IMG/VR virus record: IMGVR_UViG_3300020182_000026
Coordinates: 1-64,000 of that record
Source of the DNA: an uncultured virus (IMG/VR IMGVR_UViG_3300020182_000026)
Taxonomy: Duplodnaviria; Heunggongvirae; Uroviricota; Caudoviricetes
Strand: one strand, 5' to 3'
Length of the DNA: 64,000 bases
Of the stretch, positions 9,576 to 20,500 are shown piece after piece; position 1 is the first letter of the stretch; every line of letters starts with the position of its first letter. Position numbers and translations under genes: made by a program. The notes under the pieces are model-generated. The model worked only from the letters and a program-made list of their open reading frames with translations, did not search any database and was not told the origin of the DNA.

Positions 9576-11133
9576 ATTTTACCTCGTATTCTTCTTTAGC
9601 TTCATTCCAAAAGTCTGTCATTTCAGGGAATGTTTCTAAGAAATTTAGTCCCCTACGCTTATCATACTGTGTAAAGTATTCGTAGAAACGAATTAACTTA
9701 TCACTTAATTCTGCGTCACTCATATTTAGTCCTTCTTTTGCCCAAGCCAAATCACGCTCAAGTTTTAAGACTTCATAGTTCTTAAATCCAGTATACTTAC
9801 GTCCATACAAATCATTTGGTAGAACATTTGCTTTCATGTAATCGATATTGCTTTGAATAGTATCAAGCATGATTGGATCTGCTAGTTGAATTGTCATCCA
9901 GTCTGGATAACGTAAGTAAGGAATATCAAACCAAACACGTTGACGTTTCTTGCGCACAAATTTTGGATGCTTAAATCCATTTCGGTCGGGAGGCTGAATA
10001 ACTTTGTCTTCTTGATTTTCATACCCAAATTCTTCGCGCAACTTTAGAATCATATCTAAGAACCCACGTAAATTTGGTATACTAAGGAGAGTAAAAGTGT
10101 TAATAAACGAAATCTCTGTACCATCTGTTTCAGACAATACTCGACGGCAATTTTCATACATCGTATCAAAATCAAGGCCATCACGAAGATATTCAGCCTG
10201 CTTCCCGACACTATCAACACTAACATATAAACTAAAATGCTTACATGCTGGTGCGACATACCAATGATTTCCGCTATCTGGGTTGAAACGTTCTGGATCT
10301 TCCCAAACGCGGACTTCTTCTAATTTCTGTATTTTCTCAATGAACTTATCCATTAACGCTGGTTGAGGAGGCGCCATGTTTGACGTAATACTCAAGTCTA
10401 AGAATGCGTTTGGATTTTCATTGACATAATCTAATACTTTGAATGTATTCTTATCCATAAGAGGTTCACCACCTGTCATTCGGAATACTTTCAATTCGTT
10501 GTACACTTCTGGAAACCATTTCCAAAATGCTTCAATATAAGGATTATCTTTACGTGCTACTTCAAGTGGCATCATACCAGTCTTACGTAGATAATCAATA
10601 TCATTATGCCCAGTACCGTTAGCAAATCTAAAGCCACCATGTTTCTTAACATCATCTTCCCATGCAGTAGATAGATGCGGAGAACAATAAGAACACTTTA
10701 GATTACATGCTTGATTGAAATTTACTTCAACGTATCGCGGTGTTATCTTGTGATCCCAAGGATTGTTTACTACTTCGTCCCATGCTTCTTTGACCCACCA
10801 CTCACTACTGCGATAGTGTCTATCACTTAGACGACCACCTTCCGGGGCATTCGGTGCATCTTCTACATTCCAACAATACTGACAACCTTCAGGACGTTCA
10901 CCCTGCAACATTTGCTTACGCTCTTGCATCTTAAATGTTGTATTGTGTAATGCACCTACATCTTTTTTCAGTTCATCTAACGGAATAGCATGTGTAGGTG
11001 GATGATAACAACTATGTGTACGGCCTTGCGGCAGATGCAAACTTACTTGCAACCACTTTGCCATACACATAGATGGTGAAATAGAATTTAGCTTTTGACG
11101 TGTGCTTACTGCATCGTCATCATAATTTGACAT
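9565..11133 (-). CDS. radical SAM protein with N-terminal twitch-like domain
   Basis: MC...SCYH...CQYC; CNLKCSYC; GGEP. Confidence 0.9.
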   Translation of the reverse strand: MSNYDDDAVSTRQKLNSISPSMCMAKWLQVSLHLPQGRTHSCYHPPTHAIPLDELKKDVGALHNTTFKMQERKQMLQGERPEGCQYCWNVEDAPNAPEGGRLSDRHYRSSEWWVKEAWDEVVNNPWDHKITPRYVEVNFNQACNLKCSYCSPHLSTAWEDDVKKHGGFRFANGTGHNDIDYLRKTGMMPLEVARKDNPYIEAFWKWFPEVYNELKVFRMTGGEPLMDKNTFKVLDYVNENPNAFLDLSITSNMAPPQPALMDKFIEKIQKLEEVRVWEDPERFNPDSGNHWYVAPACKHFSLYVSVDSVGKQAEYLRDGLDFDTMYENCRRVLSETDGTEISFINTFTLLSIPNLRGFLDMILKLREEFGYENQEDKVIQPPDRNGFKHPKFVRKKRQRVWFDIPYLRYPDWMTIQLADPIMLDTIQSNIDYMKANVLPNDLYGRKYTGFKNYEVLKLERDLAWAKEGLNMSDAELSDKLIRFYEYFTQYDKRRGLNFLETFPEMTDFWNEAKEEYEVKYGA

Positions 11134-12111
11134 TTAATGTCCGCTCCAACCAGTGGTTTTTTCTGTTGCTAATGGATTCTTTACTCTTGGGGGATTTGAG
11201 TATACTCGCTTGAAAAATGCTGCTACTTCTGGAGTTGGATCACATAGTTCCATACCAATCTTATCAACTAAGATATCACCGATACGCAAACATTCATCAA
11301 ACAACTTATCATAGTCCCATTCTACTTTTGTGTTTTCGCATTTCATTTCACCGCCTTTAAATGGTGGGAAGACTTCGTTTTCGAAATACTCTTTGAACCA
11401 ATCATAGCTAGAAATGTTTTCTAGTACGAAATCAGGGTTAAGATTGATATCATAGCAACCAAGACGTGCGCCGAATAATGCCCAGATGCCGTTCTCTACA
11501 TCAGAACCAATGTTACACCATGTAATTAAACGCTCATAGTTCTTAGGCCAGATACGTTTCTTAAAGTCTTCTACAGGAACTTTCTTACCTTCATCAAGTG
11601 ACATTTTAGCACCTTCACGATAACCAGCACGGAATGCTTGGAACGGTGATCCTGCATTATATACGAGTGAGTACACATTGTTCATCTGAATATAGTTCAA
11701 GTCCCAACAGAAGTCAACCTTTTTTGTTTCATCTTCTGCATTTTCATGTGTCTTCATATCAAGTACAAGTTGTACTGGCCAGCATTTAATTCCGCCGTTG
11801 CCATAAACAAGTCCGTTCACAACGTTCTTCGCTGACCATGAGATAACCGAGTTAGCTAAGTCAGTGTCTTCTGGGAACGTAAGTTCAATATCAAAGAACT
11901 TTTCATCTACGATGTTATCACCGTCGATAGTAATAAATCTGTCTGTATCACTTTGTCTCGCACATTCCTTGTGCGCATTATCAAAACCTTTAACGCCATC
12001 TACACGTTTTGCAAATGGAAACTTCTGTAGCAAGTCTGCCCAGTGTTTCTCTTTATTTGGTTCATCGTAACTTAGATAAAAGATATCTAGTTCACCAATT
12101 TCTAGTTTCAT
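11134..12111 (-). CDS. GT-A fold glycosyltransferase-like protein
   Basis: DIFYLSYDE start; RFITIDGDN (DxD after hydrophobic strand). Confidence 0.6.
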   Translation of the reverse strand: MKLEIGELDIFYLSYDEPNKEKHWADLLQKFPFAKRVDGVKGFDNAHKECARQSDTDRFITIDGDNIVDEKFFDIELTFPEDTDLANSVISWSAKNVVNGLVYGNGGIKCWPVQLVLDMKTHENAEDETKKVDFCWDLNYIQMNNVYSLVYNAGSPFQAFRAGYREGAKMSLDEGKKVPVEDFKKRIWPKNYERLITWCNIGSDVENGIWALFGARLGCYDINLNPDFVLENISSYDWFKEYFENEVFPPFKGGEMKCENTKVEWDYDKLFDECLRIGDILVDKIGMELCDPTPEVAAFFKRVYSNPPRVKNPLATEKTTGWSGH

Positions 12112-12113
12112 TC

Positions 12114-12689
12114 TTATGCTCTCCTTAACGAATAACTATCAAAATACTTACGAGTGTAAATACTTATATCGTATTTATAGTCGTAGTTAATTGTTACTTT
12201 TTCACCACTCAGCAAATCACTAAACTTAATCATTTGCATACTAATCAGGAACTCTGGTTTATCTTTGTGTGTAATAAAGAAAGGATGTGAATCAGTTCCA
12301 GCAACTACAACTGATTGGTTCTTGTCTACGTTTGAACGTGCTACTAGGTCATCACTTGCACTGATAACAACAGCATCATCTGTCATTTCTATATTGATAT
12401 CAGCACCATCAATTTCTACAATCTTTGATATTTGGTTCTCTGCACTACGTTGCTTAATATTAACTTTACGCTTTACAATATCATATATCAATGGATTGTC
12501 ACTACGCTTTACAGTATAATCTGAAAACTTATATGTACCATCGATAAACGGAAGAATATCATCTAGTTCAAATATCGCATACATGTTATCAGTGTCATCT
12601 GTTCTTCCACTGATACTTGTTATGGTACCAGTGTCATCAAAGTATACATATCTGTTTGTTCTATTTTCTTCTAATGTACTTGTAATCAT
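12114..12689 (-). CDS. hypothetical protein
   Basis: likely start ATG 12689 overlapping upstream stop (ATGA); no motif recognised. Confidence 0.65.
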   Translation of the reverse strand: MITSTLEENRTNRYVYFDDTGTITSISGRTDDTDNMYAIFELDDILPFIDGTYKFSDYTVKRSDNPLIYDIVKRKVNIKQRSAENQISKIVEIDGADINIEMTDDAVVISASDDLVARSNVDKNQSVVVAGTDSHPFFITHKDKPEFLISMQMIKFSDLLSGEKVTINYDYKYDISIYTRKYFDSYSLRRA

Positions 12690-13543
12690 AACACTGCCTT
12701 TTCGTAAGTCGCAATCTTTTCTTGTGTCATCCATTCTTTCTGTACATAGTGTACTGGAAGGTTCTGAACAAAGTTACCGATACGAACTTCAAGATTGTCT
12801 GCTAATTCACTTGGGATACTCTTTGTCCAGATGTTATCAATCTTTGCTCTTTCAATATTCTGAACATGTGATTTCATATGAACGAATGTAGGAACATCCT
12901 TAATATCATAATCGCACACAACTTCTTCAATGTCAAGTAGTTTAATCGCAAGAGCATATGCCATATCAGCACTCATCCAATTCTGACCGATACCTTTAAG
13001 AAACTTATCGTAGTAAACATTCCAATGTGTCATAATAAGTTCAATCATACGGAAAAACTCATATGCAGGTTGTGTCTTTTTAAAATACGAAAAGTTGCTG
13101 TATACGTCTGGCAGTTCTAGTTCTGTAAACTTCTTACGGTAGAAGTCATCTACTACATCTTCGCCGCGAAATGTTTTTACGTTTGTACAACACCATACGT
13201 CTTTAGTAGCTAGATAATCCCACCAATGATCCACGCTGTGTGTAAACACCATATCACTATCCAAGATAATCGTTTCATCAAACGGAGACATGTGAATGTA
13301 CTTCCACTTATTATGAATCTTCCAATTATCTGTACCAGCATCATCATTCCAAGGAATATCTACAATATGGTCAAAGACTTTACGGTGTTTATCTTGTACT
13401 AAACTCTTAGTGTGTTCATCTACGCATACACAAATTGCGTTCTCTTGCTGTGTGGCTTTTAAACTAAGTGCTAGAGCATATGTCATTTCTAGGTAGTCAA
13501 ACTCATTATTATTCTGAGCAATTACAATGTAACCTTTACTCAT
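12686..13543 (-). CDS. GT-A fold (GT8-like) glycosyltransferase-like protein
   Basis: SPFDETIILDSDM (DxD), DMAYA, FVHMK. Confidence 0.65.
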   Translation of the reverse strand: MSKGYIVIAQNNNEFDYLEMTYALALSLKATQQENAICVCVDEHTKSLVQDKHRKVFDHIVDIPWNDDAGTDNWKIHNKWKYIHMSPFDETIILDSDMVFTHSVDHWWDYLATKDVWCCTNVKTFRGEDVVDDFYRKKFTELELPDVYSNFSYFKKTQPAYEFFRMIELIMTHWNVYYDKFLKGIGQNWMSADMAYALAIKLLDIEEVVCDYDIKDVPTFVHMKSHVQNIERAKIDNIWTKSIPSELADNLEVRIGNFVQNLPVHYVQKEWMTQEKIATYEKAVL

Positions 13544-14406
13544 AGTGTTTCTCCTAGTTCTAACATCATATCAACATTACGTTCAATCGCACGTTTATTC
13601 ATAATATGTAAATCTGTATTAGTGAAGCGGGACAACAAGTGTTCTTCGATTGTTTCTGCTTTAGCACAATACATGATAACATCATTCGCACTATTTACCC
13701 TAAAGATATCATCTAAGTCAAACGAGTTGTTAAGATAGTCTATAGGAAGTGACGGCGCACTAAATGCTACATTTCCGTTTAACATGTGCAATGCAATTGC
13801 AAATGCAAAATCGTTTCTAAACAGATTACCAGAGCAATTGTATAGAGCATAATAGTATTTGTAGTTGTACTTGATATGTGTGATTAGATTGAACAAGTTT
13901 TCTGCGAACTCGCTCTTTCTAAAGAAGAACACAGTCGCCCAACACATTGGAATAGTAAAATCATCAATATAGGAAACATTACCGCCATGTCTACCAGCAA
14001 TGTCCCTATATTGATAATTAATCATGAAGTCATTCTCGCTTCCCCATACCTGGTCAAGTGTGTCACTCATTATAAAGTAATCACAGTCAATGACCAATGT
14101 TTCTTCATATGGTGAAAGTTCATATACTTCACTGCGTCCCATATTTTTAAAGGATGCATACTCAGGACTGTTCGCAGTATCTTTGAACAGTCTAGTATTC
14201 TCTGGTTGAAAGTTATCTGAAATAATAGTTCTATCAAAATATTGCTTGATTAGTTCCGGATGTTCATCTGCCGAGGCGCTATCTGTAACGAGACAAATTT
14301 CGTCAAATTCACTAAGATTTTTCCTAGCATAACCAGCACTTGCACATGCAATCTTCACATAATCAACGTAACCATTATTTCTTGCAAAAAGAATAATACC
14401 GCGCAT
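13540..14406 (-). CDS. GT-A fold (GT8-like) glycosyltransferase-like protein
   Basis: SPYEETLVIDCDY (DxD), RNDFAFA, LHIMNK; paralogous to neighbour. Confidence 0.65.
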   Translation of the reverse strand: MRGIILFARNNGYVDYVKIACASAGYARKNLSEFDEICLVTDSASADEHPELIKQYFDRTIISDNFQPENTRLFKDTANSPEYASFKNMGRSEVYELSPYEETLVIDCDYFIMSDTLDQVWGSENDFMINYQYRDIAGRHGGNVSYIDDFTIPMCWATVFFFRKSEFAENLFNLITHIKYNYKYYYALYNCSGNLFRNDFAFAIALHMLNGNVAFSAPSLPIDYLNNSFDLDDIFRVNSANDVIMYCAKAETIEEHLLSRFTNTDLHIMNKRAIERNVDMMLELGETL

Positions 14407-14786
14407 TAGATTTCAAGTACCTTTTCAATCTTGCGTGAACTACGCAATTTTTGATAGTCATTGTAGTACTCATTGATTACTTCGAAGTAAAGACTGCTAA
14501 TATCTTCTAAAAACTTTTCAGTGTCATCAATTTGGATTGGAATATCATTCTTGTCCAATAAAATTAGACTTGTCTTACCAGATACAACAGCCATATTTAC
14601 AAAAGCAATAAGCTCCTGTGATACGCGGAATGTACCGCCATTAGTGCTGTGTGACAATAGGTTTTGTGTCTTGACTTTAAGATTATTCTTAGCCAAGTTA
14701 AATGTTTGCATTGTGTTTGAAAAGTCCAGTGCTTTAGCAAGACGTTCTTGTTCAGCACTAGAGGAATTGATAGTTTCGTTTGACAT
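14406..14786 (-). CDS. hypothetical protein, first gene of the GT/radical SAM operon
   Basis: AGGAGA RBS; TAATG coupling to next gene. Confidence 0.75.
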   Translation of the reverse strand: MSNETINSSSAEQERLAKALDFSNTMQTFNLAKNNLKVKTQNLLSHSTNGGTFRVSQELIAFVNMAVVSGKTSLILLDKNDIPIQIDDTEKFLEDISSLYFEVINEYYNDYQKLRSSRKIEKVLEI

Positions 14787-14810
14787 GGTTATTCTCCTAA
14801 TATTACTTCT

Positions 14811-14839
14811 ATTATATAGAAATATTAGAGAAATGTCAA
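14811..14839 (-). promoter_or_regulatory. sigma70-type promoter TTGACA-N17-TATAAT
   Basis: perfect consensus on minus strand, preceded by TTAACAC. Confidence 0.85.
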
Positions 14840-14842
14840 GTG

Positions 14843-15817
14843 TTAAAGTTCAGAAATATGAGAATATGTCGGAGTTGGAGTAACAACACCTAATCCAGAT
14901 ACATCATTATCATCTGCACGTTGTTGATCAATCGTTACAGTAAGTGTGCCTTCTGTATAGTCAGTGCCTGTCCAAGTGCCACCACCGTCATTTGTCCATG
15001 TACCTGTATCAGATACGTGACCATCATTGTATTCAATCTTAACATCAATCGCAGAACCATTTGTTTTCGCATACACATTAAGTTGGTTTTGTACATAATC
15101 ACCAATGCCACCTTTTGTATACACAAGCGCATATGTTGCAGTTAGACCAGTAAATCCTACACCCGGAGTACCAACACTTGCTGAACTTTCTGTAGAATTA
15201 TTTGATAATTTAACAGTTGCAATATCTGTTAATAAATCCGCCCATGCATCACTTTGTGCATGTGATATATCATAACCTGTTAATTCAGTTGATATACGAA
15301 TTTCACCACCTGAGTTAAAGAAGTTACGCATTGCATCTGTATCTGAGAATGTAGTTTTGAATTCGTAATTTTGTGGGTTATTTGAATTATCCCAATGATT
15401 ACCTGTTGATCCAGGATCTACGAATGTCTTTGATGACGAAATTTTGTTTGTCTCAAGCGTCATCAAAGAGATGTCGTAGTTTAGTTTATTAGCACGAACA
15501 CTAGTAATATCATTTTCTAGGTCTGGAATTAACTGAATGATTTTGTTTGGTGCTGGGAAATCTGAGTCACTAGTACTAGCCGGAATATTAATAGCTGTTG
15601 ATTGGTGTTGAGCGGCGAACTTAATAGATGTTAATAGTTCATCCCAATTCGCCGCCCGTACTTTTGAACCAGCGGTCACAAGAGTTACCAGTAGCTGTGA
15701 TTGGCCATAACCCGAATCACCTGCCCCTAATCCAACAATCTCATTAATATCATTTGCGAAACCGTTGAAATCAGATGCCCTGATTTTGCCTCCCAGATAG
15801 TAACTTTGTGGTGCCAT
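14843..15817 (-). CDS. putative virion structural protein
   Basis: Ser/Thr/Gly-rich; SGYGQ and FFNSGGEIRIS shared with neighbour; lies downstream of baseplate genes. Confidence 0.6.
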   Translation of the reverse strand: MAPQSYYLGGKIRASDFNGFANDINEIVGLGAGDSGYGQSQLLVTLVTAGSKVRAANWDELLTSIKFAAQHQSTAINIPASTSDSDFPAPNKIIQLIPDLENDITSVRANKLNYDISLMTLETNKISSSKTFVDPGSTGNHWDNSNNPQNYEFKTTFSDTDAMRNFFNSGGEIRISTELTGYDISHAQSDAWADLLTDIATVKLSNNSTESSASVGTPGVGFTGLTATYALVYTKGGIGDYVQNQLNVYAKTNGSAIDVKIEYNDGHVSDTGTWTNDGGGTWTGTDYTEGTLTVTIDQQRADDNDVSGLGVVTPTPTYSHISEL

Positions 15818-15841
15818 TTAATTTGTCCTCAGTGTATTATT

Positions 15842-16759
15842 TTATAATGTATTTGTTACTGTACATGTTGGGTTAGTCAATACCACCGAACCACTTGCAT
15901 TCGATAATTTTAGTGAAGAAACATTTACAGTTGATGTACCTGCCACGCTATCTGCACCAGTCCAAGACCAAGCACCGCCATAACCAGAGCCTGAACCAGT
16001 ACGTGCAACGTGTGCGTCTACTAGACGTACTGTGATGTAAAGGTCTGAACCAGAAATGTAAGCTGAAATGTCTGCATAGTTTGATGAATAATCACCGTCG
16101 TCTGCATACTCACGTTTTACATAAGCGTTTGATGATGTTAAGTCTGAGTACTTCTTACGTGTTGATGTATCAATGTTAGTTGAATCTGTCGCACGAACCG
16201 AGAAACGATATGTTCCCATTTCACCTGTAAGTTGTTCCCATGAAGTGCCTTGTTGGTTACCTGTTGGATCATCGTGTGACATTGAAACGCGAATTTCACC
16301 GCCAGCAGCGAACCAGGCATGCATATTAGTTGTTGAACCGAAAGCTACTTTCGTTACTGTATCACGTGTGCCGTTCCAGTTTGAAACAGTTTGCGTTGTT
16401 TCTGTTGCAGTTGTTGTGTCCCAACCTGATGAATAGCTCCATGGTGAGTTGAAACGTGTGTTAATATCGCTTTCAAATGTTGCCGCGGCGCCCGCATAGT
16501 GTGACCATGCAACGACTGTGCCTGCATTTACTGCTGTAAATGGGTTTGTAATATTATAATAGTTTGAAATTTTTGCTGCTGCCGAGTAAAGTGAATCGAA
16601 GTATGCATCATCGATTAAATCACCTGTACTTGGGTTAGCAGCAATTGTGTGACCTTGGTTGTAACCACCTGCTACACCGGTTCCGTTAAGAATAGTGTTC
16701 ATTTTGGTACGTAGGCTTGCAAATGGGTCATTTGCATTAATTGTATCTCCTACAGCCAT
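15842..16759 (-). CDS. putative virion structural protein, paralogue of neighbour
   Basis: GGYNQ, WFAAGGEIRVS; AGGAG RBS; codon usage resembles the capsid gene. Confidence 0.6.
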   Translation of the reverse strand: MAVGDTINANDPFASLRTKMNTILNGTGVAGGYNQGHTIAANPSTGDLIDDAYFDSLYSAAAKISNYYNITNPFTAVNAGTVVAWSHYAGAAATFESDINTRFNSPWSYSSGWDTTTATETTQTVSNWNGTRDTVTKVAFGSTTNMHAWFAAGGEIRVSMSHDDPTGNQQGTSWEQLTGEMGTYRFSVRATDSTNIDTSTRKKYSDLTSSNAYVKREYADDGDYSSNYADISAYISGSDLYITVRLVDAHVARTGSGSGYGGAWSWTGADSVAGTSTVNVSSLKLSNASGSVVLTNPTCTVTNTL

Positions 16760-16804
16760 ATTTTTGCTCCTAAGTTGACTAGTCGTTTAGTTGGCTTACG
16801 CCTT

Positions 16805-16838
16805 TAAAAACCAAGAAAGATTTTCCGGATTCTTTCTT
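16805..16838 (-). terminator. possible intrinsic terminator
   Basis: AAGAAAGA/TCTTTCTT inverted repeat followed by GGTTTTT on minus strand; AT-rich stem. Confidence 0.4.
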
Positions 16839-17499
16839 AATTAATTTGTATTGTAACCGTATAATCGATTACGATTGTTCTATTCGCCGATAGTAACACT
16901 GGATGGAAAGTCACATGTGTTAGCATCAATGTTTTATCCTCGTCCAAATCCGACCAATCGTTTGTATCAGTAATCAAATTGCCAGATAGTAGTGCAATTT
17001 CATCAAACGTGAAAGTCTTTGATACTGTTGAATCGTTTTCTGGAACTGTTTCGTTATTCATATCAGCATATTGCTGATGATCCATTTCTACTCTAAAATT
17101 AATCTTTGATGTATTATCAGGAACAATTTCGCCCTCTCCCATGTCTTGACCTGGGAAGTAGACTGTGTTCTCTGTTCTTTGTTGATACTTTTTAGCGTAT
17201 AATGTTGAATTACTTGAAGTGATAGGTAGTTGGTCGTAAATACCAAATACTCTAGGAGAGCGATATGAAAGTGTTGTAGTTGAACTACTACCACCGTTAC
17301 CGAATGCCATCCAATTTACAAAAGGTGCAGTGCCGCCAGTATTCACATCAACTGCGGATCCCGCTAATGCACTTGCAAGTACATATGCCATATTACCTGG
17401 GTGAATGGCATTTCTCTTTTGTACAAGAATGTCACCACTATCTTTATCAAAGATTTTAAGTGTGCCGATAACTTGTGATTTAATATCTTCGTTAAACAT
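16837..17499 (-). CDS. putative baseplate/tail-fibre attachment protein
   Basis: MAFGNGG, FDEIAL, THVTFHPV..SANRTIVIDYTV; follows giant baseplate gene; GATAAATA at 17528-17535. Confidence 0.55.
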   Translation of the reverse strand: MFNEDIKSQVIGTLKIFDKDSGDILVQKRNAIHPGNMAYVLASALAGSAVDVNTGGTAPFVNWMAFGNGGSSSTTTLSYRSPRVFGIYDQLPITSSNSTLYAKKYQQRTENTVYFPGQDMGEGEIVPDNTSKINFRVEMDHQQYADMNNETVPENDSTVSKTFTFDEIALLSGNLITDTNDWSDLDEDKTLMLTHVTFHPVLLSANRTIVIDYTVTIQIN

Positions 17500-17557
17500 T
17501 CGTATCTCTCTTTTCAAATTCTAAGTATATTTATCATTTTAACTGATATGTCTTTTC

Positions 17558-20500
17558 TTATGTGTCCTCATGAGAATAAATCTGATCAGGTGCGCCCAAT
17601 ACATAAATTGTATTGCCATTATCTACACTTGTAGCAACGCCATTGTACACCCCACGCTCTGAAATTCTCAGATTATTTGTAGATTTGCTATCATACACCA
17701 TAAACTCTACGTTTCCATTTGCATCCTCGACGGCAACTAAACGTATAGTTTTAGATTTTGCCGCTTTGAATTTAGATGCTTGGTTAACAACTAGAGTTTC
17801 GCCATCGAATGATGAAATTGTACCACTGTCTGTTACAGGAATATGATATCCTCTTCCAAATTTATCATACACGTAAAACTCTTTTCTGTCAAGTGTCGTC
17901 CTTGTCTCATCTGTAAATGTATCTACTGTTACGATTGAAGCGTCTCTCGCTGATGCACTAAATTCACCAGTATCAAATCCATCTGCACTGTATGTATATC
18001 CAATATCATTGCGTAGGAACTTACCACCCAGATACTCGCCGTCTACCAGTGGTTCAAATAAACTTGTATCTGTTACTTCTTCATCGCCGCCATCGATCCC
18101 ATTAAGTTCAAATCTACTATGTTCACCAAAGTATTTTGTAATATGCATGTGATGCAATGCATCAACTGTCAGGTCTGCTGTTTCATCTGTAGGATAGATA
18201 CGTTCTGTTGTTCTAATCTTTGTGTGATATGGTTTTGTTTCCATAACATAATCGATTGTATCCTGATATGTATCACGCTGATAGATAGCATATTGACGTA
18301 ATGGTTTATTAAACATTGTCAAGTCGATATAACTAGTCTTGAATATCCATTCCGGATGTGTTCTTTCTGTGTACATATATTCAATCATATCAAAGAATAT
18401 TGTTTTAATTTCAGAAACTTCTGCATACTTATAAATCATATTCATTAGTTCATGCAATTGTACACTAAGCTGATTAGCAGTTAGACGCACAGTTTCTGGA
18501 ACTGTTAACTCTGTAATACTGAAATCTAAATCAAGAACTGAATTAGTTTTGTGTACTAATCTAATCTCGCCGTTGACTGGGAAATAGTACTCATCGCCAT
18601 CTGGTAGTTCAACTTTGAATGATGATACTCCGCTGTTATGTAACGCAATCATGTCGATGTTACGAGTACGTGATAGATATTCAAATGTATCTATAGTTTC
18701 GTATTCTTCTGCATGATACCAATTAGTTGTTGCAAATACGCCGTGATTTAATGCAATGTAGTCGTTGTACATTGGGAAGTCAGTTGCAATCATTCTCTTG
18801 GACAGTGTAGAAAGAACAGTACTTGCAAAGTTATCTCTAGCGTCTGTGATATTTGCAAACCAACTATCGTATTCAGAAACATGATACACACGTACCACGT
18901 CATCTTCTAGTATATCTACTGCTGAAAGTATTGTCACTTCATCAACGTTAATAACGAAATCATTATTTGATACGATTACATTATTGACGGTGACTACGAT
19001 ATCATTATGTGTCAGTGAATTGTCACCAATCCAATCATATGAGAATGCCACACCAGTAGAAGTTATATCTGTCGCAGATACTTCAAACTGTTCATAGTGA
19101 GAAATTTCACTATTCGCAATAGAATTCTTAAAGTCTTGTAAGAATATATCTTCTAATGGTGCGCTTGATTTACGAGAAACTAGTTCCCAATCAGTGTGAT
19201 GTGTTTCTCTATTATCATCTACATTATACTCAATTGAATATGTAATCGTATCTGATGTTAATATATTCGCATTATTAGAAACGATAACAGTGTCACCATC
19301 TACTGGGAAGAATTTGTTTACAGTTGTTGGCGAAGCAATCATCATTGAAATTTCTTCAACTGAGAACTCTTTTGCATATCTTGCTTCATCGCCAGTTGCA
19401 ATCCAGTAGTAATACTTCGTTACAGTTTTATTTTTGATGCTATCAAAATATGTTTCTGTATTGAATTGTGAAACTCCGTCTGGGAGTTTTTCACTTGTTA
19501 CCCACTGCTTCACTACTACTTCTGATCCTGGCACAATCTTGCCCCAGAAACGTTTTGCATAATCAATATCGATGTTGCCATTTGCATCACCATAATCGTC
19601 ATATCTATAATAACGTGTTAGATTAGTATCCCACCAGATTTTACCCAACGATTGTGATAACCATAAATCACTATTCAGTGTAACATCATATTTTGCAGGG
19701 TCATTCCAGTCTACATAGTCAATATCTTTAGCAATTGACCCTGCAATCTTAAAGTTGATTGGATCAAACAATTGATAATCATAGAACTCGTCACCAGATT
19801 TTGCAACTATGCGATTTACGTAGTCTGTATTTACTGGCTTAGCACGTCTATTTAAAATATGAAGTGTACCATATTCATTACGGTTTAGAACTGCCCAACC
19901 AGAATTTAAATATTCGTCTGCCCAAATTAAACTTGTATAGTTTAGTCCAAGTTCTGCATAGAACTCATCGAAATCATCACCATTGTATCTAGGAGTAAAG
20001 CGAACAGACTTCCAGCGCATAACTTTGAAGTCTGCGTTACTGGTAACACTTGTATATTCATTTGATAATCCAATCTTATCAAGCATCGCTTGCGTTGTAC
20101 CAGAGAATGTCATTGTGTTATTTTCACTTGTGAAAATCATTCTACCGTCACTTGAAATATTAACTGTAACATTATCAGACGCATCGTTGATTTGTTCTTG
20201 GAACTCTGCTGCGCTAGAACTTAATGTATTTGTATTGCTATAAGTTCCTACTGCTATTCCTAAATCATTCCACGCATTACCAGTGATATCACTTAGAACG
20301 ATACTACTCTCATCACTTGCGATTAGAACACGTCTGTCAAATTCTTGTGCTGATGTTCCCAACAAGTCACTTAGTGCTGAATTCAAGTCTGTAATAATAC
20401 TATCAATAGAATTAACTTCTACTGATGTTTGTGAAAATCCAATACGCAACATCGATCCTGGCGTAGACACATTTTCTTCAATAATTATGTTAGCTGAATT

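Noticed and set aside
2956..14786. RiPP biosynthetic cluster
   Set aside because: No short precursor ORF, RRE/PqqD domain or exporter visible, and genes abut with no room for a precursor
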